Shown piece after piece: positions 39,384-50,512 of a stretch of 64,000 bases of DNA. Position numbers and translations under genes: made by a program. The notes below the pieces were generated by a model that saw nothing but the letters and a program-made list of their open reading frames with translations, was not told the origin of the DNA and ran no database searches. Each line of letters begins with the position of its first letter. The stretch's first letter is position 1. Source of the stretch: Octopus bimaculoides (Eukaryota); assembly GCF_001194135.2 (NCBI RefSeq), contig NC_069003.1:8530808-8594807 (forward strand), given 5' to 3'.

Positions 39384-40345
39384 ATGTGTATATGAGTGTG
39401 TGTTTGAGTGTTTTTTGTGTCGGTGGGGATGTTAGGTGTGTGTACGTGAGAGTGTGCGTATATCTCTTTGTCTGAGTGTGTATGTGTTGTTTTGGTCGTC
39501 CTTGTGGTGTGTGTGTGTGTGTGAGAGCAACCGTATGTATGTGTGAGGGTGTGTACGTATGTGTGCGTATGTATGTGGTGTGCGTGGGAGTGTTTTGTGT
39601 GAGTGTGTGAGTGTGTGTGTGTCGCTCTGTCTGAGTGGGTGTGTTGTTTTAAATATCCTTGTGGTGTGTGTGTGTGTGTGTGTAAGCAAACGTATGTGTG
39701 TGATGGTTCATATGTATGTGTATGTCTATGTCTGTATGCGTACGTGCGTGTGTGGCATGTGTATATGAGTATGTGTGTGTTTTATCTATGGTAGGATGGT
39801 GTGTGTATGTGTGTGCACGTTTGTGTGAGTGTGTATGTGTGTGATTAATATTTGTTAGGGTGTTGTGTGTGCGCATGTGTGTGTATGTGTATATGTGTTT
39901 GTTCGTGTGTGTGCGTGAGTGCGTTTGTGAGTGCGTGTGTTTGTGTTTTTTGTGTCGGTGGGGATGTTAGGTGTGTGTACGTGAGACTGTGCGTATATCT
40001 ATTTTTCTGAGTATGTATGTGTTGTTTTAATCGTCCTTGTGGTGTGTGTGTGAGAGAGAGAGCAACCGTATGTATGTGTGAGGGTGTGTACATTAGTGTG
40101 CGTCTGTGTGTGTATGTATGTGTGCATCTGTGTGTGTGCGTGGGGGTGTTTTTTGTGAGTGTGGTAGTGTGTGTGTACGTGAGTGTGTGTGTGTCTCTAT
40201 CTGTCTGAGTGAGTGTGTTGTTTTAAATACCCTTGTGGTGTGTGTGTGTGTGTGTGTAAGCAACCGTATGTGTGTCTGATGGTTCATATGTATTATATAT
40301 TTNNNNNNNNNNAACCGTATGTGTGTCTGATGGTTCATATGTATT
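39384..40345. repeat. GT-rich complex tandem repeat with ~540-bp higher-order duplication
   Basis: 39400-39555 recurs at about 39937-40090, and 39632-39715 recurs at about 40208-40292. The subunit motif gtgttgtttt..tccttgtggtgtgtg..agcaaccgtatg occurs 4 times. Confidence 0.85.
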
Positions 40346-41019
40346 ATATATTTATTTATTTATTTATGTGTTTCAGCCAAGTGGCTGCGGTCATGCTGGT
40401 GCACCACCGTGAAGTACACACACACATATATATATATATATATGAATGCATGTATGTATGTTGCATTCATTTATATATATATATATATATATATATGTAC
40501 AGGGAGAGAGATACATGCATACACATATATATATAAATCGATGTTTATATATGGTTATATGTTAATATATGTATGAATGTATGCATCCATATGCATATAT
40601 ATATGTGTGTGTGTGTGTGTGTGTATGTATATGTTTGTATGCACGTACATGCTTGCCTGTACGGATTAGCAAAAGAAACGAGAGGTAAATTTTCACAAGA
40701 TAAGATAAGGTTACAACTAGCCTTCACGATCGGCGTACCTTCAATGCGCAACGAACGGATGTCTGCAATCAAACACTGGGAGTGCACCAAGATGACCGAA
40801 AATCAAACAGCGAATCGATAATAGGCCTCCAGTATTGTTTACAAAAGTAATCCATTGAATTACATTCTAGTATCTATATATTGCTGTTGTTTTCGGAAAG
40901 CTGTTCTTTCTCAAATGATTTACGTTTGGTTTTTTTGTGGTTTGAATGTTTTTCGTTTTTGATTTATCAACTGTTCGTATTATGAGCAGGATAATCACAT
41001 GTGTGCTTGTGTGTATGTG

Positions 41020-41061
<42 letters not shown>

Positions 41062-41171
41062 TGCATGCATGCATGTGTGTATGCACGTATATATATAATA
41101 TACACATATTTACATTATAGACTATNNNNNNNNNNNNNNNNNNNNNNNNNNNNNNNNNNNNNNNNNNNNNN

Positions 41172-41221
<50 letters not shown>

Positions 41222-42084
41222 CACGTTACCTATGATACTATATATAATATAAAATATTGATATGTGCGTGTATATATATATTTATATATATATACATACA
41301 TATAAATATATATACGTACGCATACATTTATACACGCACACACACTTGTATGCATACAATACGAACTTGTGTGTATATTCAATTTAGGTGCTATATCTCA
41401 TAATTCCCTCGAGCCATCCGTTTTCTTACGTGTTAAAGCGTACAGAAAAGCGCATTGTTTCATAAAACAATAACGAAAGTGAATGGACACACGCATGCGC
41501 AGACTCGCACACGCTCAAAAGCACACTCGTCACCTACATGCACACACACACACACATACTTCTAGACAAACAAACTTGTACATGCATATGTTTCATTGTT
41601 TTCATTAGTTATGAATGTATATGTGTGGGAATACACACACACACAAACACACATATATATATATATATACATGTATGAATGTATGTATACACACACACAT
41701 ACACCCCCCCCTCCCCCCACACACACACATTGTTGTGTATTTGTTGATAAATAGACGATATTTTATTGATGTATAGAAAGTGCATAGACATAACTATACG
41801 GCCTTGCGTACCTGAATATATAGATATGGGGCAGATGGCAGACGTATGCGGACATATATATGTACTTGCGTCTATGAGACGCATACATGATTGTAGTTCA
41901 ATGCTTGTCAGTGATTGTATGATTGTGTGTGTGATTTAATGATATCTATCTATCTAGCTATCTAGGTCTACATGTACATATATATATATATATAATTCTG
42001 TGTATATACAAGCATACATACATACATACATACATACATACATTATTTCAGTATCCGTGGTGCAAATATAAGCAAGCGTGTAAA

Positions 42085-42129
<45 letters not shown>

Positions 42130-42315
42130 TATATNNNNNNNNNNNNNNNNNNNNNNNNNNNNNNNNNNNNNNNNNNNNNNNNNNNNNNNNNNNNNNNNNN
42201 NNNNNNNNNNNNNNNNNNNNNNNNNNNNNNNNNNNNNNNNNNNNNNNNNNNNNNNNNNNNNNNNNNNNNNNNNNNNNNNNNNNNNNNNNNNNNNNNNNNN
42301 NNNNNNNNNNNNNNN

Positions 42316-42374
<59 letters not shown>

Positions 42375-42502
42375 TATATGTCTATATATATATACATATA
42401 TATCTATTATCTATATCTATATATATATATGTATGTAGATATATATACACATATATATCTATCTATATATATATATATATATGTATGTAGATATATACAC
42501 AC

Positions 42503-42551
<49 letters not shown>

Positions 42552-42741
42552 TATATATGTCTATATATACATATATATATATATATTTACATATATATAT
42601 ATACATGTAATGTGTGTATGCATTTGCATATACATAACAAGCACACACTAACACTCACACACACGCGCTCACGGACCCCCCCGCCACATTATCTTCATTG
42701 TCATTATTTCTGTTTCATCCTGATGTTTATTCTATTTCCAG

Positions 42742-42855
42742 ATTTTATTCATTAAGTTTACCCGCTCATTACATTCCACAAAGCGCGGTACGGCATACGA
42801 TTATGACGTAGGTGTATATACTGCGCAGAATCAAAGAGAATCGATGCTGGGGAAG
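42742..42855 (+). other. Candidate 114-nt phase 0-0 internal exon, unverified
   Basis: Acceptor ttattctatttccag, open frame ILFIKFTRSLHSTKRGTAYDYDVGVYTAQNQRESMLGK, donor AAG|gttaat. Confidence 0.2.
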
Positions 42856-43275
42856 GTTAATTTTTATTGATAAAATTCTTTAGTGATTTTGTAATTTAAC
42901 AATTTTACCATATGTTAATTACAAAAGCTCACTGTTTCTTTTATCTTTTCTGTAACTTGCTTCAATCATTTGACTGCGGCCATTTTGGGTCACCACCTTG
43001 AAGAACTTTTGGTCGGATGAATCGACCCCAGAAGTTGCTTTTCTGTTTTAAGCCTGGTAGTTATTCTATCGGTTCCTTACACCGGACCACTAGGTAACGA
43101 GGACGTAAATAAACCAACTCCAGTTTTCAAGTGGTTGTGGGAGACATGCATAGACACAATGACACATATATTCACACGTACACACATATTATCATTTCTT
43201 TAAAGACAGGTGCTTATTCTATCGGTGCCTTTTGCCGAATCGTTAAGTAACTGGAACATAATAAACAACATGCAT

Positions 43276-43312
<37 letters not shown>

Positions 43313-43399
43313 CATATAAATGTAAATATATATATGTATTATAAACGGATTTTGTGCTCGCGTGTATAATGACCTATAGTTATTTAACATTCTGCTAAT

Positions 43400-43625
43400 C
43401 AACCTCAAAGATTTGCAAAGTGTAGATTATGGAGGCCGTCAGAGAACGTCTGGACAAATGTTTATCGCAGATATAATACGAACCCACTTCGCGACAAGAG
43501 GCATGAAGAAGAGCAGCTTCGTCCACCTCCTTACTGGACCAGAAGCAGTACAGAAAATAAATCCAATAACACCAAATGGTGGTGCTGCAGTATGATCACA
43601 GCTTGCGGCTGAAACCGGTAGTAAA
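43400..43625 (+). mobile_element. CR1/L2-group LINE 3' end
   Basis: KDLQSV..EAVRERLDKCLSQI*YEP...RRAASSTSLLDQ resembles the FKxxLDxxLxxIPDxP..RAAxSNSL terminal motif. It is followed by a 3' tail ggtggtgctgcagtatgatcacagc...gctgaaac. Confidence 0.6.
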
Positions 43626-45810
43626 TGAAAACATATCTCTCATTGTGTCTGTGTTTTGTGTTCGTCCACCCACTCACTGCTAAATAACTGATGTTACTGT
43701 TTTTCTCAGTCCTGTAACTTAGCAGTTAGGCAAAATTCCGATACAATAAATATCAGACTTAGAGAAATGAAACATAAGTATTGGGATCGATTTCTCCGAT
43801 TAAAACTCTCATGGCAGTGCTCCAGCATGGTCTGCTGATCAATCACCAAAATATGTAGGAGCTAAAGGATAAAAGATAGAAGATGAATCGTTGGCCACTG
43901 AAAGTTTTGTTTGTTTGTTTGTTTCTCTCTTATTTTCTCTTCTCCCTCTGTATCTTTCTTTCATCCTCTCTTCGCTTGCTTCAAGCGTAGGTAATATTCT
44001 TTCGGCAACATGAGAGTGAGAATCGAAGCTTCATAATGCAATTGTTTATGCTGCATGAGTGTTCTATTTTCTTCAGTTGTTAAAACGGGAAAAGAAATTC
44101 CATCATCTCTTGCTTCATCCATTTTGTTTTACCCATAAATTATGGGAAACCGTAAGATATTTCCGTTTGTTGGCCGAAATCTGAAATGCATGTTTCAGAG
44201 AATACTGCTGTGTCAATATTTTATCTATGACATTCACTGTTCACGAATGCAATTCTGCCTTCTGGTCGTTTCAATGAGACAAAAATCTGAAAGAGTTCTT
44301 ACGTTCCAACTACAGAGGCTAAGCACGGTTTGCTCTTTTGTATAGTTATACACCATTACAATTCGTTTCCTACCTATACTTTGCGTAACGCTGAACGGTG
44401 AGAGAATTAGAAAGAGGAAAACAGAGACGTAAGATTTCGAGAGTGGATTTTAACAAGTGCGAGGTTGAGCATTATTGAGAGTTAAAGTAATCATGCTAGA
44501 GAAAGAGAGTGAAATTGAATTCCTGATCTAGACAAAGAGAAAGGTGAGAATGTAACATATCAAGACGTAGCATTAGGTATCTGTTCTTTTCGTTATCTTA
44601 TTTCATTATTCCCTCCAATATCTTTCAGCAAAAATTAAAGGATGGCATATGTACCAGGCTTTAAAAATTCTGGGGTCAATTCATTCGATATATACATGAA
44701 GGCGGTGTTCCAGCATAGCTGTATCACAGAGACTGACACGTGAAATAGTAAAATGATGTATCGTCTTTGCATGTGTGAACTTCGTATCTGTTGCTATCAC
44801 TCGGTGTGTTTCTTGCCAATTGCCGCTGCCCTGTTAATGTTTTTCTCTATTTTCGCACTTAAAAAAAAATTTATCTACCACCGATGCAGTCAGGTTTAAC
44901 TTTTACAAACAAACAGTATGTTCAGTACAGTGTATTGCACTTATTCTAATTGGCCTTGTCAGGGAGTTCAAGTGCTCAAGAATCCAATAATATAAAAAAA
45001 AATAAACAATCACAAAGGGAACACGTTTAACGTTATTTTTAAAGTTTTGCGAAAGCTTGACGTATGAGAAAATCTCAACCCTGTAGAAAAGATACAAAAA
45101 AAAAAAAGAAAGAAAGAAAATACGTGTAAGCTTGCGACGTGTGAAATAGGTACAATATTCTTTCATTCTTTTACTTGTATTCAGTCATGCGGCTGCAGTC
45201 ATGCTGGAGCACCAGCGGGAGGATAAAAATAAAAATAAGACCAATATTTAAGAAGCTACTTCGTGAACTATCCCGATATTGTTTTATACTAGACCTGATA
45301 TAATGCGTAATATGGAATGGCTCCTGAGTGTGTATATTGACAATTCAAGCGAAATCTGTAAAATTACTCTTATCCTCTAGCGGAGTTGCTTTCAAATATT
45401 TTAAAGTATACTTCTAAAACAGTATTCTTTTAAAATANNNNNNNNNNNNNNNNNNNNNNNNNNNNNNNNNNNNNNNNNNNNNNNNNNNNNNNNNNNNNNN
45501 NNNNNNNNNNNNNNNNNNNNNNNNNNNNNNNNNNNNNNNNNNNNNNNNNNNNNNNNNNNNNNNNNNNNNNNNNNNNNNNNNNNNNNNNNNNNNNNNNNNN
45601 NNNNNNNNNNNNNNNNNNNNNNNNNNNNNNNNNNNNNNNNNNNNNNNNNNNNNNNNNNNNNNNNNNNNNNNNNNNNNNNNNNNNNNNNNNNNNNNNNNNN
45701 NNNNNNNNNNNNNNNNNNNNNNNNNNNNNNNNNNNNNNNNNNNNNNNNNNNNNNNNNNNNNNNNNNNNNNNNNNNNNNNNNNNNNNNNNNNNNNNNNNNN
45801 NNNNNNNNNN

Positions 45811-46106
45811 GCTGAGCACTCCACAGACACGTGTACCCTTAACGTAGTTCTCGGGGATATTCAGCGTGACACAGTGTGACAAGGCTGACCCTTTGAATTA
45901 CAGGCACAACAGAAACAGGAAGTAAGAGTGAGAGAAAGTTGTGGTGAAAGAAAACAGCAGGGTTCGCCACCATCCCCTGCCGGAGCCTCGTGGAGCTTTA
46001 AGTGTTTTCGCTCAATAAACACTCACAACGCCCGGTCTGGGAATCGAAACCGTGATCCTATGACCGCGAGTCCGCTGCTCTAACCACTGGGCCATTGCGC
46101 CTCCAC
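45811..46106 (-). mobile_element. SINE family C (3' part in gap)
   Basis: Close match to the 16461 and 54372 copies. Further C copies at 23477-23721 (internal deletion) and 20825-20872. Confidence 0.88.
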
Positions 46107-46228
46107 ACCCGCTCACTAAATTAGCGTATAATATTTCACAAATGCACGAACGTTTAATGTAATTCTCAAGCAGAAATAGCGTGACCAAATGCAATAAGGT
46201 TTTACATTTGAATTTCAGATACGATCCA

Positions 46229-47190
46229 TAATATATAATATGCGGTATGTAACCTCTTCATATTTGGCAAAATGAATATTTGTGTTACTTAATTCTGTGT
46301 AAGGGGGAAAGTTTCATGGATTACAATTCTTATGTAAAAGTGATATAGCTGTATTTGTTTTACGGAACCTTTGATGTAAGTCTCAAGCAAGAAACAATCC
46401 ATCTACTATAATAATACTCTTCTGGGGGGTTTTTCCATCATAGCATATGAATGAGAAAGGAAGGGGGTGATAAATGAATAAAGCAGGAAGGGGTAACGGC
46501 AAGCTGGTAGTGGGATGATGGAAATTCTACGGTGAGAAAAAAATCAGCGTTTCAACTCTATGTGAGTATATGTGAGTGTGTATGTAAAAGGGAGGTATGT
46601 GAAAATTTGTGTGTGTGTGCAATGGAAGTGGGATGGTAAACGTTTAACGCTGAAAAGAAAAATCAAACAGCGTTTCGACTGTGAGTGTATGTGTGTATAT
46701 GTGTACAATGTTTGTATGTGGGAACCAGCGTTCCTTCAGTAAGTAGCAATGATCGATGTCACATCTCCAAAGACAACCACCAGATAACATTGACAAGTGT
46801 ATTAATTTGATTTATCATTCATATTCTATCTGTTTTGTTAAAAATAAATATTACAATCACACACACCTACAAAAACATATACAAACGCATTAAAGAAAAT
46901 GATTATTGCCTGACTGCATCAAGAATATAAAACGACAACAGTTGAAAGGTATATTATAAATTTGGTAATTAAAGAATTATTAAACCAAAATCTTGGTTTT
47001 CTACCTTATTTATATATAAAATACTATAATTAGCCGTCACTTTTGACGGCACGGGGCCCAGCTAGTAATATATAATATGTGATAAGTAACATCTTCATTT
47101 TTGGCGAAAAGAATACTTGCTTTTCGTAATTCTTTGTAAGGAGAAAGCTTTCATGGCTTACAATCCTTATGTAAAAGCGACACAGCTGTA
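46229..47190. repeat. ~125-bp dispersed direct repeat (46229-46353, 47066-47190)
   Basis: taatatataatatg..ta.gtaac.tcttcat.tttggc.aaa.gaata...ttcatgg.ttacaat.cttatgtaaaag.ga.a.agctgta in both copies. Confidence 0.8.
47009..47065 (+). mobile_element. Helitron-like 3' terminus / very short Helitron
   Basis: Hairpin gccgtc-actttt-gacggc (47033-50), 11 nt spacer, CTAG (47062-65), followed by T. Confidence 0.55.
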
Positions 47191-47699
47191 AACATTTTTC
47201 TCTTGACATATCATCTTGACATTTTCGAAAACACCAATCTCTCTTCCAATTCGAATGATTAAAGTTAATTTTTATGAATGTAATTATCGACAACACAACT
47301 TCCTTCTCTAAAGCAATTTAATGATAAAATAATATCATATAAAAATACTTTTATATGTATATCATATATATTATATACAATTCACAACTGAATGATGTCA
47401 TATTCTGTGCATTTCCTCATAAACTGCCAATACATTATGTGAGAAATTATATATTAATTAGCATGTTACGTCATTCATTAGTATTATGTATTCTATTAGC
47501 TCCTGATCATGCTGTCGTTTCTCTATGTTGTTTAATGACAGAAATTAATATGGATTTCTGTCATGAATTGTTTATGTAATAGCGTAATACAATTATATTT
47601 TGTTTAAATATTTGGGCGGCTTTTTATCATCTCATAAATCAAACATAAATCTGTGTATTTGAAGGATCATATCACATGTTATGCAATAAATTACGTATC

Positions 47700-48075
47700 T
47701 CGTAGTTTATAATCCTTTCTAATTTTAGCACAAGGCCAGCAACTTTTGAGGGGAGGGGTAAGTCGATTGCATCGATCGACAGTACTCAGGAGCTTCGAAA
47801 GAATGGAAGGTACGGTGGATCTTTGCGAAATTTGAACATAAAGACCCGGAAGATATGCTGCTAAGCGTTTTGCCACATCATCGCCTTCTTTTCATTTTAA
47901 GTAATTTTTCTTAATCTTGTCATATGGCAAGCAATTTCTGAGGGGAGGGGGAAGTCGATTAAATTGACCTCAGGGCTCAACTAATACTTATTCTATCGAC
48001 ACGAATAGGATGAAAGGCGAAAATTGATCTTGGAGGGATTTGAACTCAGAACGTAAAGAGCCGAAAGAAATGTCC
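47700..48075 (-). mobile_element. Two decayed tandem SINE family A copies
   Basis: caaggcc...gagggg...gtcgatt and gaaaggcgaaaattgatc..gatttgaactcagaacg motifs. Confidence 0.75.
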
Positions 48076-48758
48076 GCCACAGTCTCGATTCTGGCGGTTC
48101 GATGCCCTTCATGCGTCATTTTATAACTTGAGTAATATAGGTACAGGCGTGTCTAAGTGGTAAGAAATTTGCTTCGCAACTGCATGGTTCCGAGTTCAGA
48201 CCCGCTACGTGGCACCTTGGGCAAGTGTCCGTCGAGGGTGTTGCATTGAGTTCTTGAGCAACAAATTTAATTTCAAATTGCTCCAGTCCGTGCAGCTGTA
48301 AATGAGTTCCACGAGTAACAGCGGGGAAGTTCAACTTGCAATAGACCAGCATTTCATTGAAGAAGCCGTGTTGTGATCTTAGTCATTTACATGTAATGGA
48401 AACCGAGTGAAGTTCTGGTCTTATGAGGCCTAGAGGTTCATGAAAGACCTAAATTTAAGTCCCAGTCACTTTAAGATCGTAGGATCGTGGTTTCGATTCC
48501 TTGACCAGGCAAAAACGCTTAATTTCACGTTGAGCTATTCCATGCAGCAGTAATTGAATTTCAGGATAGTCAGAGAAGTTAACCTTGGAAAGGATCTTCG
48601 TCCCGTACAAGGACAGCGAGTGTTGTAATCTATCATGAACACCAGGCATATAAAAAAAAGTGGCCCTCGAGCCGCATGCAGTCATTTTCCAACTCTCGTG
48701 CGACCCATGAGTAGCGTAGTTAGAGGTTTAAAAATGGGGAGCTCGAAAAATTTTTATA

Positions 48759-48921
48759 GGCGCAGGAGTGGCTGTGTGGTAAGTAGCTTGCTTACCAACC
48801 ACATGGTTCCGGGTTCAGTCCCATTGCGTGGCACGTTGGGCAAATGTCTTCTACCTTAGCCTCGGGCCGACCAAAGCCTTGTGAGTGGATTTGGTAGATG
48901 GAAACTGAAGAAAGCCCGTCG

Positions 48922-48958
<37 letters not shown>

Positions 48959-49160
48959 ATGTTTGTCACCCCACCATCGCTTGACGACCGATGCTGGTGT
49001 GTTTACGTCCCCGTAGCTTAGCGGTACGGTAAAAAGAGACCGATAGAGTAAGTACTAGGATTCCAAAGAATGAGTCTTGGGGTCGATTTGCTCGACTAAA
49101 GGTGTGGTACTCCAGCACGGCCGCAGTCAAATGACTGAAACAAGTAAAAGAGTAAAACAG
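48759..49160 (+). mobile_element. SINE family B, near full length (tRNA head, CORE-like accttgggcaag, internal (TA)n(TG)n, LINE-like tail)
   Basis: ggcgcaggagtggctgtgtggtaagtagcttgc...gggttcagtccc...gtgagtggatttggtag...ccagcacggccgcagtcaaatgactgaaac. Confidence 0.92.
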
Positions 49161-49204
49161 AGTAATAAAAATAATTAATAATAAGTTAAATAGTAAAAAT
49201 AGGA

Positions 49205-49273
49205 ATGGCGCTAAACACCAGGCGAGCGAACGACGCTGCCAAATCAACGCCTTACGGAGAGGCAAATATCAAG
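49205..49273 (+). other. Candidate ATG-initiated exon (MALNTRRANDAAKSTPYGEANIK), unverified
   Basis: GGAatgG context, 23 open codons, AAG|gtaaca donor, CpG-rich, not repeat-derived. No protein match recognised. Confidence 0.25.
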
Positions 49274-50129
49274 GTAACATTTCTGCGACTCGTTTCTCGT
49301 TTCTTCTCATCGATTTATGCCTAATGCGTTTGAAAGAAGATCTAACTGCTACCTCTCTCCATCACCAATAGTTATCCATCATTTATTTTCTTATAGGCAA
49401 ATATGAATATAATAGAAACACTGTTGTATATTTGTCTCGCTTCTTATTACCAAGCTTCATACTTTCTGACCGTTTATGTCTGGTTTCTTATAGAAACCAG
49501 GAAATAATTGAAATCCACTGTCTACTTATCATTAGTTTGTGTGAATATGATATTTTTGTTGTGTATTAGATTTTCAAGTTATCATTTCTATTATTTTTGT
49601 TATTAATATAACTTACATATTTTTATGTTATTATATAAAATAGAGTTGTTATATTAACTAGTATTTCTGTTTTTTTTCCCCTCGTTCTCTCTCTCTCTAG
49701 TTTTGTTTTACACTCTAATTGATATTTGCTGTAGACACGTACATTAGACAAGCGACGGAAAGCTTTATAATCGTATAACCAATTATGTAGAATCAGAACT
49801 TTCCCATTTTTACATCTGGTTTTTGGAAACCGATGTTTTAATTAAATGAAATATAATTTGATCTCAGGTGGGACAGAGGTTTGTTGTTCTATTCTTTATT
49901 TTTTTCTGTATTAATTCTAGGCATTGGACACGTCTCTCTTGTTGGTGATGCTGGGCCACCTGTCAATGCTTATAACCGATCATATCGATCTCGGTTCTTA
50001 TTTCTGTCCATCGATCAATATTTTATCGATCAAGTGACATAGTTACCTTTTGACTGACACTGCCAAAGTTTTATTTCTTTTCGTACCAGAGTCAAATACA
50101 CACACACACACACACACACAGATAAATTA

Positions 50130-50172
<43 letters not shown>

Positions 50173-50173
<1 letters not shown>

Positions 50174-50335
50174 CGCCGGAGTGGCTGTGTGGTAAGTAGC
50201 TTGCTTACCAACCACAGTGGTTCCGGGTTCAGTCACCCTGCGCAGCACCTTGGGCAAGTGTCTTCTACTATAGCCTCGGACCGACCAAGGCCTTGTGAGT
50301 GGATTTGGTAGATGGTAACTGAAAGAAGCCCATCG
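50173..50335 (+). mobile_element. SINE family B 5' half
   Basis: Head plus CORE-like region, interrupted by a family A copy. Confidence 0.88.
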
Positions 50336-50512
50336 AGGGGCCAGTCGATTAGATCGATTACGGTACGCAGCTGGTAGTTAATTTATCGACCCTCGAAAGG
50401 ACAAAGAACAAAGTCGACCTCGGCGGAATTTGAACTCAGAACGTAGCGGCAGACGAAATACCGCTAAGCATTTCGCCCGGCGGGCTAACGTTTCTGCCAG
50501 CTCGACGCCTTT
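50336..50512 (-). mobile_element. SINE family A
   Basis: Near-consensus aatttatcgaccc..aaagtcgacctcggcggaatttgaactcagaacgtagcggcagacgaaataccgctaagc. Confidence 0.9.

Noticed and set aside
40262-40352. 41-bp direct repeat around a 10-N gap (likewise 33355-33680)
   Set aside because: Identical sequence on both sides of a gap indicates an unmerged contig overlap, i.e. an assembly artefact.
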